Shown here: in pieces, positions 6,538-15,535 of the stretch
Position numbering within the stretch: position 1 is the first letter of the stretch
How the letters are laid out: the number at the start of each line of letters is the position of its first letter
From: Edaphobacter aggregans
Lineage (GTDB): Bacteria; Acidobacteriota; Terriglobia; Terriglobales; Acidobacteriaceae
Length of the DNA stretch: 32,000 bases
Assembly: GCF_003945235.1 (NCBI RefSeq)
Contig: NZ_RSDW01000001.1
Span: 5,190,001 to 5,222,000 of the forward strand
Direction: 5' to 3'
The notes under the pieces: generated by a model
Told to the model about the DNA's origin: nothing
Database searches by the model: none
What the model saw: only the letters and a program-made list of their open reading frames with translations
Made by a program: the position numbers and the translations under genes

Positions 6538-9501
6538 ATGTTGATTTCGAAGTTCTTGCGCCGCAGGCCCTGTCTTGGTTATTTATCCGTTCTGGCGATG
6601 TTTCTTCTATTCGCCGCAACGCTGCACGCGCAAAGGCTCACGCTGAACACTCGCACTTTCAGCGATTCAACAGAGACATCTGCGGTCGATGCAGGACTGG
6701 TTCCGGCTTCGCAGCCACTTAGTCTTACCGTGCGGCTTGCTCCAACGCCGGAGCGAAAGGCTGCGCTGGATCAGTTTCTCGCCGATCAAGTTACACCTTC
6801 ATCGCCAAACTATCATCACTGGTTGACGCCGCCGCAATTCGCGGCAAGCTATGGCGCGACGGACGATCAACTGGCCGCGGCGACGACATGGCTTCAGTCG
6901 CAGGGGCTTGCGGTGCAAGCTATATCACCGGCGAAGACTCGGCTGGCTGTTTCGGGTACAGCAGCGCAGGTTCAGAGTGCGTTCTCGATTGTGCTACGTC
7001 GCTATCAGGTAGCGGGGACGATGTACTTCGCCAATACGACACAGCCATCGCTGCCACAGGAGGTCGCGTCGATCATCGCTGGTGTTCGTGGGCTGGATGA
7101 TATGCCTGTAGCGGCTCCCAAGGTGATGGCGAGACTTATCTCTGCCTCGCAAAGTGCCACTCCGGCTCCTAGCGATGGCACGGATGCACTGGGAAGTGCC
7201 GCAGCTGCCATCGATGCGAACAACGCCCCTATCCTTACCCTCAACACAACCGAGTGCTCCAACGATTTGGCACAAGCCGACTATGACGCTTATCGCGACC
7301 TCTTTCGACAGGCAAGCGCCCAAGGGATCACTGTGCTTGCGGCGAGCGGTTGCAGCACGAGTGGGACGGGTAGCTTTCCGGCCAGCCTCTCTGAGGTTAC
7401 GGCGTTTGCGACGAGCGCAACGGTGAGGTCGGCGAGCGCGTCTTTTGTCGGCATCGATCCACGCCCATCGTGGCAGTATGCGCTGGGCCTACCGGACGAC
7501 TCTACCCGGCAGGAGCCTGATCTGACGACCACTTCAGCAGATGCGTTCGCGCAGGCGCTGACTACGATTATTCAACAGAATGGAGGACGACAGGGCAACA
7601 TCAACGCGATCCTCTATTCGTTGGCAACCACGCCGGACCTTTACACGCAGCCTGACAATGCTCCCGCAGGAACATGGGAGTCGACCACTGGCTTAGGCGT
7701 CGTCGACTTGCAGAAGTTAATTAAGGTGTTTCCGCGTGCGAGTGGAACATCGACGACGACTACGCTGGCCTACAGCGGCAGCAACACTATAGGCTACGGC
7801 ACGCAGGTCGTGTTGACGGCGAGCGTTTCGCCATCAGCGTTCAATACAGCGAATGCTTCGGGCACCGTCACCTTCACGAGTACCCCGCAAGGCATTATCG
7901 GTTCTGCTCCCCTGACCGGCGGCTCAGCTACATTGACGCTCGGCTCGCTGGCGGTCGGCTCGTACACGATAACTGCCAGCTACTCCGGCGACGGGAACTA
8001 TGCTGCCAGCACCAGCGTTGTCCCCGTCTCGATTACCGTCAACATCGTCAATGCAACCCTGGTGGCTACCCTCTCTCCGTCATCGAATGTGCCTTATGGA
8101 AGTACCGGCACAGTCACCGCGACCGTCGCGTTGCCGAACTCATCGGGAGCGCCTGCCGGCACGGTTTCAGCGACGATCGAGGCCGTCACGGGTGCTCTGT
8201 TTACGGCGACGCTCTCTCCCAACCCAGGCGGCAATACGGCGACCGCGAACATCGTTGTTAACGCGCCAGCCCCAAATTCTAAAGGCTACACAGTCGAGGT
8301 GGCTTGCCAGGGCAATACAAACTTCCAATGCCAGACGCCTGTAGATCTCATCATGACGACTGTTCTGGGCAACACTATAACCACGATGAACGTCAGTCCT
8401 TCTGCGCCCCAGGCTGGGCAGCCGGTGACACTGACGGCGATCATCAATAACTCCGGCAACGGCACTGGAACGTATACCTTCTCCGGCAACGTCACCTTCT
8501 ATGACAACGGCGCGCAGATTGCGACGGCCGCAGTCGCCACGAATCAGGCTACGACGAACAAGACCCTGGCAGGCAACATTCAGCACAGCATTGTGGCGAA
8601 GTACAGTGGAGATGCCAACTGGAATCCCAGCACATCGGCTCCACAGTCTGTCTCGCCATCGCTTCTGCCGGCAACCATGACGCTGACATCGAACGTCTCC
8701 ACAGCGCTCGCCGGCGTGAACCTCGTATTCACGGCAACGGTCTTCACCACAGTGACCAATACGGTCGGGCCAACGGGCAACGTCACCTTCTACGACACCT
8801 ACAATGGCACCGCGATTCAGCTGGGCAACCCTACGCCTCTGACTCCCAATGGCCCGAACGAGTCGATCGCCCGGCTTTCGACGACGGGGCTGTTAGCAGG
8901 TGGGCATAGCGTCTACGCCGTCTATGGCGGCGATGCGAACTTTGGCGGTGCAACGTCTACGCCGCTTGCTATCGCAATCACGGATTACAACCTGACGATG
9001 GTGCCCCAGACCATCACTCTTCAGGCCGGACAGACCGGTCAGGTGGTGATGCTGCTTGGCCTGGTCGGTGGATTCAATGGAACGGTCAGCTTCGGATGCA
9101 CACCTCCAGCTAATGCCGAGATCACCTGCTCCTTCAACCCGGTGACGCTCGCGGGCGGGGGCAGCACGACCATGTCGATCGTCACAACGGCTGCAACAGT
9201 GGCTACGACTTCTAAGCTGGCTCAACGGCTCGATGGCTGGGGCGTCGCCGCAGGTCCCATGCTGGCTACATTGTTCTTCCTTGCGGTGCCCGGGCGCCGG
9301 CGGCGGCTCCCCACGATGTTGCTGGTGCTCTTCGCCCTCGGCCTGACGGCAAACATCGGCTGCAGCAAGGCTGCCGACCCGCCAACCGTATCCGATCCGG
9401 GCACCCCGCTCGGCACGCAGATATTCACCATCACGACTGCGGGCACCGATGGCGTAAACAGCGTGCGGCACAGTTTTCAGTATCAGATCACAATTCAGTA
9501 G
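6538..9501 (+). CDS. Secreted pro-kumamolisin-prodomain protein with a truncated, degenerate S53 (sedolisin) core, multiple Ig-like (Big_3-type) repeats and a C-terminal membrane-hairpin module
   Basis: The ORF track begins at TTG 6502. I prefer ATG 6538 (MLISKFLRRRPCLGYLSVLAMFLLFAATLHAQ, a Sec signal). The activation-domain block is NYHHWLTPPQFAASYGATDDQLAAATTWLQSQGLAV. The S53 remnant reads AQGITVLAASGCSTSG where the paralogue has AQGITVVGPSGDSGA. Repeats end in YSGDGNYAAS, YSGDANWNPS and YGGDANFGGA. The C-terminus is ...LATLFFLAVPGRRRRLPTMLLVLFALGLTANIGC... followed by a 46-aa beta-rich tail. Confidence 0.85.
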   Translation: MLISKFLRRRPCLGYLSVLAMFLLFAATLHAQRLTLNTRTFSDSTETSAVDAGLVPASQPLSLTVRLAPTPERKAALDQFLADQVTPSSPNYHHWLTPPQFAASYGATDDQLAAATTWLQSQGLAVQAISPAKTRLAVSGTAAQVQSAFSIVLRRYQVAGTMYFANTTQPSLPQEVASIIAGVRGLDDMPVAAPKVMARLISASQSATPAPSDGTDALGSAAAAIDANNAPILTLNTTECSNDLAQADYDAYRDLFRQASAQGITVLAASGCSTSGTGSFPASLSEVTAFATSATVRSASASFVGIDPRPSWQYALGLPDDSTRQEPDLTTTSADAFAQALTTIIQQNGGRQGNINAILYSLATTPDLYTQPDNAPAGTWESTTGLGVVDLQKLIKVFPRASGTSTTTTLAYSGSNTIGYGTQVVLTASVSPSAFNTANASGTVTFTSTPQGIIGSAPLTGGSATLTLGSLAVGSYTITASYSGDGNYAASTSVVPVSITVNIVNATLVATLSPSSNVPYGSTGTVTATVALPNSSGAPAGTVSATIEAVTGALFTATLSPNPGGNTATANIVVNAPAPNSKGYTVEVACQGNTNFQCQTPVDLIMTTVLGNTITTMNVSPSAPQAGQPVTLTAIINNSGNGTGTYTFSGNVTFYDNGAQIATAAVATNQATTNKTLAGNIQHSIVAKYSGDANWNPSTSAPQSVSPSLLPATMTLTSNVSTALAGVNLVFTATVFTTVTNTVGPTGNVTFYDTYNGTAIQLGNPTPLTPNGPNESIARLSTTGLLAGGHSVYAVYGGDANFGGATSTPLAIAITDYNLTMVPQTITLQAGQTGQVVMLLGLVGGFNGTVSFGCTPPANAEITCSFNPVTLAGGGSTTMSIVTTAATVATTSKLAQRLDGWGVAAGPMLATLFFLAVPGRRRRLPTMLLVLFALGLTANIGCSKAADPPTVSDPGTPLGTQIFTITTAGTDGVNSVRHSFQYQITIQ

Positions 9502-9756
9502 CGTTACTTTTATCTGACCTACTTGAGGCAAGTCGCCTAGGATCAACCGCGCATCGGGGCTGATGGGCGATTAAGATCCCTTTTCCCAATTGATTTTACT
9601 GTAGCGGGTAAGTTCGGGCGTTCAGGACGCAACCTTTTTAATCCCATGTGGTCTATAAGCACATAGCCCGTACGTTATCGGGCCGGTGGATCCCATGAGA
9701 CCAGCGTGCTCGTAGTTATTAGATGATGCAGCAGATTTAGTAAGGTAGATTTAACC

Positions 9757-12564
9757 ATGCATAGCCGTTTGTTTCCCCGATTCGCCCTGTCAGCCCTCGT
9801 TCTCTTTGCAGTCTCCGTTCTTCCCGCTCGAGCAGGAGTGCAGAATCGCATTAATGCACCTGTCTCCAGCAGCAACCGCGTTGCCGTGCAGCACACGATT
9901 TCCCCCCGTGCGCTCCGTGCCCAGGACCTCGGCTCGGCTCCGGCGGACCGGAAGCTGGAATCGATCACGCTGCACTTTAATATGACCGCTGCCCAACAGG
10001 CCGACCTCAACCAGCTCCTCATTGACCAGCAGAACCCGAGCTCTCCCAGCTATCACCAGTGGCTTACGCCAGCGCAGTTCGGCGCTCGCTTTGGGCTTTC
10101 GAGCTCGGACCTCTCGAAGGTAACCAGTTGGCTCACCAGCAAGGGGCTCACCATCGCAAGCGTTGCGCCCAGCTCTAACTACGTCTCCGTCAGCGGAACT
10201 GTCGGCCAGGTCGAGCAGGCCTTCGGCGTCAGCATGCATGCCATGTCCGAGAACGGCCAGCAGCACATTGCGAATGTCACCGACCCCCAGCTACCTGCGG
10301 CCATCGCCAACATCGTCACCGGCATCACCGGACTGCACGACTTCAAGCTCAAGTCACGCGCTCGCGTCGCTACTCCCAGATACACTTCATCGGTGACGGG
10401 CAGCCACTACATCGCCCCGGGCGACTTCTATACCATCTACGACGTCAACCAGCTGATATCAGGGAACTCGATCAACGGCTCGGGCATATCCATTGCGATC
10501 GTCGGCCAGACCGATATCAGCACAGCTGCCGTCTCGGCCTTTCGTAGCGCCTCCGGTCTCTCCTCCAACCTTCCGACGATCGTAAAGGCCACTGGTTATG
10601 TAGCCGGCATCGTCTCAGCAGACGTTGACGAGGCACAACTCGATGTCGAGTGGTCGGGTGCGGTCGCTCCGAACGCCACGATTCTTTTTGTTACCGTAGG
10701 CTCAAGTCCGACCGCATCGGTCATGGATGCGCTCAACTACGCAATCTCAAACAACCTTGCTCCCATCGTCTCCATTAGCTACGGCAACTGCGAATCGGGA
10801 TGGGGCCAGTCCGAGCTCAACAGCATCAATCAGGAGCTCCAGCAGGCCAACGCGCAAGGCATTACTGTCGTCGGTCCCTCTGGCGACTCCGGGGCGACCG
10901 ACTGCGACATCGATCCCCCCGCAGACTTCGGACTCGCCGTAGATTTCCCCGCTAGCTCGCCCTTCGCCACCTCCGCGGGCGGCTCCATGTTCAACGAGGG
11001 CAGCGCGACGGGAACCACTTCCTACTGGAACTCCAACAGCAGCTCGTCGACCTCCAACGCCGGTTCTGCCCTCTCCTACATCCCCGAGACCGTCTGGAAC
11101 GAATCCAATTCCACTGGCTTCGGTGCCGGCGGCGGCGGAGTCAGTGCCTACTTCAGTAAGCCCGCATGGCAGGTCGGAACAGGCGTCCCATCTGACTCTT
11201 CTCGTGACGTTCCTGACGTCTCCTTCAATGCCGCTTCCGGTCACGACGGATATCTCTTCTGCTCCGTAGCCACCTCAGCGGCTTCTCTGACACCGTGCAC
11301 CAATGGCTTCCGCGACTCGTCCAGCAACCTCGATGTCGTCGGCGGAACCTCCGTCGCTGCTCCCACGTTGGCAGGAGTATTCGCTCTTCTCGAGCAACAG
11401 CTTGGGGGAGGAACTGCCAACCGTATAGGCAACGCCAATCCGATGATCTACGGGCTGGCCAACAGCACCTACTACAACAACGTCTTCCACGACATTACCT
11501 CGGGCAACAATAACAGCACCTGCCAGCAGGGAACGACCAACTGTCCGAGCGGCGGCAGCATTGGCTATAACGCCGCCCCTGGGTACGACCTCGCAACCGG
11601 CTGGGGCTCGCTCGATGTCTACAACTTCGTTAACAAGTGGAAGCTCGTCACGCCTACCGGCTCCGGCGTCGCGACCGGCTCGGCCATCTCCAGTACCACC
11701 GTCACAACCTCGGCCGCCACTTGCAGCAACTCCTCCGGTAGTCTCGCCCTCACCATTGCGGTGGCGAACGCTAGCGGCACCAGTCTTACCGCTCCAACTG
11801 GCACCGTCCAGATCCTTGTCGACAACGTAGCCCTCACGGGTACCAACACCGCAACGCTCTCCGGCGGAAGCGCAACCTTCACGGTTAACACCTCTACACT
11901 CTCCTCCGGCGGCCACACGTTCGGTGCCGTTTACCTCGGCGACGGAAACTATGCTGCCTCCAAGGGCTCACTGTATGCAGACATCGTCTCCAGTTCGCAG
12001 AAGGACTTCGCTCTCACTCCTTGCACGGCTCCCAGCTCCACTGCGTCCGGCAGCTCGGCTTCGGGGATCACTTTCACCATCACACCCGCCAACGGCTTCA
12101 CGGGCACGGTCAACCTGACGGCCAACGTCGACAACAGCGTCGCTGCCAGCTACACCTTCAGCCCCGCGACCGTCACCATCAGCTCCGGAGCCGTGACCTC
12201 CACCCTCGTCCTTACCGCCGATCAGAGCTCAACTAGCGGCACCTTCCTTAACGCACAAAATTCGCATCCGGCATCTCACATCGCGCCTTGGTACATCGCT
12301 GGTTCTGGAGCCTCCTTAGCCTGCATGATGCTCCTCGTCCTGCCACGCCGCCGTCGCTGGGGAGCTCTGCTCGCCTTGCTTCTCTCCGTAGCCGCGATTT
12401 CCGCATCGGGTTGCGGCGGCTCAAGCAGCTCGAGTAGTTCCAGCGGCTCCGGTGGCACCACACCTAGCACGACCTTCGCCGCACGCGGAACGTATACCGT
12501 CAACGTGACCGCCATCTCGGGAAGCCTGGTCCACACCTCAACCGTCACCTTTACCGTGCAGTAG
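9757..12564 (+). CDS. S53-family serine-carboxyl peptidase (sedolisin/kumamolisin-like) with prodomain, Ig-like repeats and a C-terminal membrane-hairpin module
   Basis: 935 aa with a Sec signal (MHSRLFPRFALSALVLFAVSVLPARA). The prodomain block is SYHQWLTPAQFGARFGLSSSDLSKVTSWLTSKGL. A full catalytic set is recognisable: DEAQLDVEW (Glu/Asp, 10630-10650), SGDSGA (Asp codon 10885-10887) and GGTSVAAPTLAG (Ser codon 11350-11352). An Ig-like repeat ends in YLGDGNYAAS. The C-terminus is ...LACMMLLVLPRRRRWGALLALLLSVAAISASGCGGSSSSSSSSGSGG...GTYTVNVTAISGSLVHTSTVTFTVQ. Confidence 0.9.
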   Translation: MHSRLFPRFALSALVLFAVSVLPARAGVQNRINAPVSSSNRVAVQHTISPRALRAQDLGSAPADRKLESITLHFNMTAAQQADLNQLLIDQQNPSSPSYHQWLTPAQFGARFGLSSSDLSKVTSWLTSKGLTIASVAPSSNYVSVSGTVGQVEQAFGVSMHAMSENGQQHIANVTDPQLPAAIANIVTGITGLHDFKLKSRARVATPRYTSSVTGSHYIAPGDFYTIYDVNQLISGNSINGSGISIAIVGQTDISTAAVSAFRSASGLSSNLPTIVKATGYVAGIVSADVDEAQLDVEWSGAVAPNATILFVTVGSSPTASVMDALNYAISNNLAPIVSISYGNCESGWGQSELNSINQELQQANAQGITVVGPSGDSGATDCDIDPPADFGLAVDFPASSPFATSAGGSMFNEGSATGTTSYWNSNSSSSTSNAGSALSYIPETVWNESNSTGFGAGGGGVSAYFSKPAWQVGTGVPSDSSRDVPDVSFNAASGHDGYLFCSVATSAASLTPCTNGFRDSSSNLDVVGGTSVAAPTLAGVFALLEQQLGGGTANRIGNANPMIYGLANSTYYNNVFHDITSGNNNSTCQQGTTNCPSGGSIGYNAAPGYDLATGWGSLDVYNFVNKWKLVTPTGSGVATGSAISSTTVTTSAATCSNSSGSLALTIAVANASGTSLTAPTGTVQILVDNVALTGTNTATLSGGSATFTVNTSTLSSGGHTFGAVYLGDGNYAASKGSLYADIVSSSQKDFALTPCTAPSSTASGSSASGITFTITPANGFTGTVNLTANVDNSVAASYTFSPATVTISSGAVTSTLVLTADQSSTSGTFLNAQNSHPASHIAPWYIAGSGASLACMMLLVLPRRRRWGALLALLLSVAAISASGCGGSSSSSSSSGSGGTTPSTTFAARGTYTVNVTAISGSLVHTSTVTFTVQ

Positions 12565-12582
12565 TTCCTGCCAACTTCAAAG

Positions 12583-12615
12583 AAAAAAGCCGCGCGAATT
12601 TTGCGCGGCTTTTTT
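12583..12615. terminator. Bidirectional rho-independent terminator between the convergent S53 gene and ppk
   Basis: AAAAAA-GCCGCGC(12589-12595)-GAATTTT-GCGCGGC(12603-12609)-TTTTTT. This is a perfect 7-bp GC stem flanked by an A-run and a T-run, so it can terminate in both directions. Confidence 0.85.
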
Positions 12616-12629
12616 GGTGAGAAGAATGG

Positions 12630-14804
12630 CTAGCTCCTCTGAGGTACCTTCTCAGAAGATCCTTCCGCTACACGAATCAGAAATTCCTGCGCGCTGAAGG
12701 CAGTCCCGATCCGCGGAGCCCGAACGTACTCTCCATCGGGCTGCAGGAGCCTTGCCTTGGTATTGTCGGCCAGATAGGCGGCAAGAATCTCATCGCGCAG
12801 CCGCTTCTTCAGCTCCGGCTGTGTTACGGGAAACAAGACCTCACAGCGTTCCACCAGATTTCGAGGCATCCAGTCCGCGCTGCCGCAGTAGATCTCCCCA
12901 TTGCCGCCATTTGCAAAGCTAAAGATACGGCTGTGTTCGAGAAACCGCCCCACAATGCTCCGCACTCGTATCCGTTCGCTCAAGCCCTTCACTCCCGGGC
13001 GCAGCGAACACATCCCGCGAACAATCAGGTCGACCTCTACTCCAGCCTTTGAAGCCGCGTACAGCGCCTCCACGATGCGCCGGTCGAGCAATCCATTCAT
13101 CTTTGCCACGATTGCGGCCGGCCTTCCTGATTTGGCATGTTGCGTCTCTCGTTCGATCAGCTCAACCAGGCCATCCCACAAGGTTAATGGTGCGACCTTC
13201 AGCGGCAGATACGAATCATCCTCGGTCTCCGCCGTCAGATAGTCGAACACCTTCTGCACCGCCTCGGTAAGTTCAGGACGTGAGGTCATCAGGCTGATGT
13301 CCGTGTAGAAGCGCGCGGTTACGGGATTGTAGTTTCCCGTCCCCAGATGCGCATATCGTCGAACCATGCCATCCGGATCACGCCGGACCAGCAACGCCAA
13401 CTTACAATGTGTCTTTAGGCCGAAGATGCCATGGAAAACTCCTACCCCAGCATCTTCCAGCTCCCGTGCCCAACGGATGTTCGAGTCTTCATCGAAGCGT
13501 GCCATCAATTCGACCACAACGGTTACGTCCTTGCTCTGCGCGGCCTCGATCAGCGCCCGGAAGATCGGCGAGTCCTTGCTCGTTCGATAGAGCGTCTGCT
13601 TCATCGAGATCACATTCGGGTCTTCTGATCCCGCCTCGATAAATCCTTCCACCGTCTTGTACGAGTCAAAGGGATGATGCAGCATCACATCGCGCTTCCG
13701 CATCTCGTCGAAGATATCGACCGACTTAGCGCTCAGCCGAAACTCCTTGCCCGAAAATGGTGGGTACTTCAGCGACGGCCGCTTCGCCTCCGAGTAAAGA
13801 TTCATCAAACGCGACAGATTCACCGGCCCATCTGTCCGAAACACCTGCCACAGCTCAAGCTCAAAATTTGTCCTCAGCCGTTCGACAATCTCTTCTGTGG
13901 CCGAACTCTCGATCTCCAACCGAACCGCATCACCCTTACGCCGATTATGTAACTCAGCGCGAACACTTTCGAGAACCGACCGTGATTCTTCTTCCTGCAT
14001 GTACAGATTGCTATTTCGCGTCACCCGGAAAGCCGCACGGGATAGCACCTCGTAGCCCCGGAACATGTGTTCCACCCTAGACTCGATCAACTCATGCAGC
14101 AGGATGAAATCGCAGTAGCCATCCTCTCCCGGCAACGGGATCAGACGTGGCAGGGAACGAGGTACCGTCACCACCCCCAGGGCCGTTACCTGCTTCGATC
14201 CTCCATTCATCTTGCGTTTATGCCGAAGCAGCAACGCAAGACAAAGAGCTTTGTTCAAAACACGCGGAAACGGATGAGAGGGATCGATCGTAACCGGCGT
14301 CAGCAGCGGGTCCACTTCGTTCTCGTAAAACTGCAGGGCGTGGGTTCGTGCTGCATCACTCAGCTGTCGCCACTGGAGCACCCGAATCTTTTCCTGCTCC
14401 ATCGCCGGTAACAGCAGATCATTCCAGCATCTGTACTGTGCCTCGACAAAGCTGGCTAGCAACACGCTCAGTCGGTCCAATCGCTCTTGAGGAGTCAGCC
14501 CGCCCTCATCAAGAGGTTGCGGCTGGTTGTATCCTTCTTCAATCCGCTGCAATATGCCTGCCACCCGGATCTCGACAAACTCATCCAGATTGCTGGCCGT
14601 AATCGCAAGAAACTTCACCCTTTCCAGCAGCGGATTCGTCGGGTCCTCGGCCTCTTCCAGCACGCGCTGATTGAACCGCAGCCACGACTCGTCCCGGCTC
14701 AGAAATAGGTTCTCTACTGGTTTTACCTTAGCGTTCTTCGTAACAACGTCTTTCTTTGCAGTCCGTTTGGTTGCAGTTGCCGTCGCTTGTCGCGTAGTAG
14801 TCAT
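12630..14804 (-). CDS. ppk: Polyphosphate kinase 1
   Basis: 724 aa. It has the PPK1 N-terminal signature FLSRDESWLRFNQRVLEEAEDPTNPLLERVKFLAITASNLDEFVEIRV, the phosphohistidine-region motif GLKTHCKLALLVRR, and C-terminal PLD-like halves (GSADWMPRNLVERCEVLFP). Confidence 0.95.
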   Translation of the reverse strand: MTTTRQATATATKRTAKKDVVTKNAKVKPVENLFLSRDESWLRFNQRVLEEAEDPTNPLLERVKFLAITASNLDEFVEIRVAGILQRIEEGYNQPQPLDEGGLTPQERLDRLSVLLASFVEAQYRCWNDLLLPAMEQEKIRVLQWRQLSDAARTHALQFYENEVDPLLTPVTIDPSHPFPRVLNKALCLALLLRHKRKMNGGSKQVTALGVVTVPRSLPRLIPLPGEDGYCDFILLHELIESRVEHMFRGYEVLSRAAFRVTRNSNLYMQEEESRSVLESVRAELHNRRKGDAVRLEIESSATEEIVERLRTNFELELWQVFRTDGPVNLSRLMNLYSEAKRPSLKYPPFSGKEFRLSAKSVDIFDEMRKRDVMLHHPFDSYKTVEGFIEAGSEDPNVISMKQTLYRTSKDSPIFRALIEAAQSKDVTVVVELMARFDEDSNIRWARELEDAGVGVFHGIFGLKTHCKLALLVRRDPDGMVRRYAHLGTGNYNPVTARFYTDISLMTSRPELTEAVQKVFDYLTAETEDDSYLPLKVAPLTLWDGLVELIERETQHAKSGRPAAIVAKMNGLLDRRIVEALYAASKAGVEVDLIVRGMCSLRPGVKGLSERIRVRSIVGRFLEHSRIFSFANGGNGEIYCGSADWMPRNLVERCEVLFPVTQPELKKRLRDEILAAYLADNTKARLLQPDGEYVRAPRIGTAFSAQEFLIRVAEGSSEKVPQRS

Positions 14805-14940
14805 AGAGGTCTACGAGATTACCGCACTCCCATCAACGCCAAGTATGAACTTGAGGCAAAAATGCTGTATTCGCTTAAAAAGTACATCGAATGCAACAAT
14901 CCATAAAATATTCGCCCCGCTCATCCGTTAACACCAGTAG

Positions 14941-15525
14941 ATGACGCAAATGCCGAGCAACGATTGGACGATCATCGAGCAGAACCAACTCCTCTCGCAG
15001 GCCATGGAAAGGGACGAGCCGAGACTGCGCAGCTTTATTCGCAAGTACGTGGCCGACAGCGGAGACGCCGAAGACGTCCTGCAGGATGTCTTCTACGAAC
15101 TCCTCGAGACCTACCGCCTCATGAAGCCTGTCGAACATGTAACCGCATGGCTCTTTCGCGTCGCCCGTAATCGTATGATCGACCTCTTCCGCCGAACGAA
15201 AGCCAGCTCCCTCAACGAACCAACGGGCCCGGGAGACGCAGACGACGTGCTCGTGCTCGAAGACCTTCTGCCCTCCGCTGAGGCCGGCCCGGAAGCGGCC
15301 TACGCGCGCAACCTGCTGATTGACGCGCTCGACGATGCCCTCGAAGAGCTTCCTCCGATGCAGCGCGATGTCTTCGTCGCGCACGAACTCGAAGGCCGCA
15401 GTTTTAAGGAGATATCCGCCGACACCGGCCTGAGCGTCAACACGCTGCTCTCGCGCAAACATTACGCGGTCCTCCATCTCAGGCGCAGACTGCAATCGAT
15501 TCACGAAGATTTTGCAAGTAAGTAA
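14941..15525 (+). CDS. ECF (group 4) sigma-70 family RNA polymerase sigma factor
   Basis: 194 aa. Region 2 is DAEDVLQDVFYELL...AWLFRVARNRMIDLFRR. Region 4 is LPPMQRDVFVAHELEGRSFKEISADTGLSVNTLLSRKHYAVLHLRRRL. Confidence 0.9.
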   Translation: MTQMPSNDWTIIEQNQLLSQAMERDEPRLRSFIRKYVADSGDAEDVLQDVFYELLETYRLMKPVEHVTAWLFRVARNRMIDLFRRTKASSLNEPTGPGDADDVLVLEDLLPSAEAGPEAAYARNLLIDALDDALEELPPMQRDVFVAHELEGRSFKEISADTGLSVNTLLSRKHYAVLHLRRRLQSIHEDFASK

Positions 15526-15535
15526 GGAGACAAAG

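Noticed and set aside
9502-9756. Search for a dif site exactly at the skew switch
   Set aside because: The nearest resemblances are GTCTATAA-GCACAT-AGCCCGTACG, and ATTTAACCATG overlapping the S53 start codon. Both lack the second arm and the TTATG core, so I make no dif call here.
14846-14876. ECF-type autoregulatory promoter upstream of the sigma gene (TGAACTT ... TCGCTT)
   Set aside because: There is a -35-like GAACTT, but the spacing to the nearest CG-containing -10-like element is 18-21 nt rather than the usual 16-17. No second copy lies upstream of the DUF1254 genes. The evidence is too weak to call.
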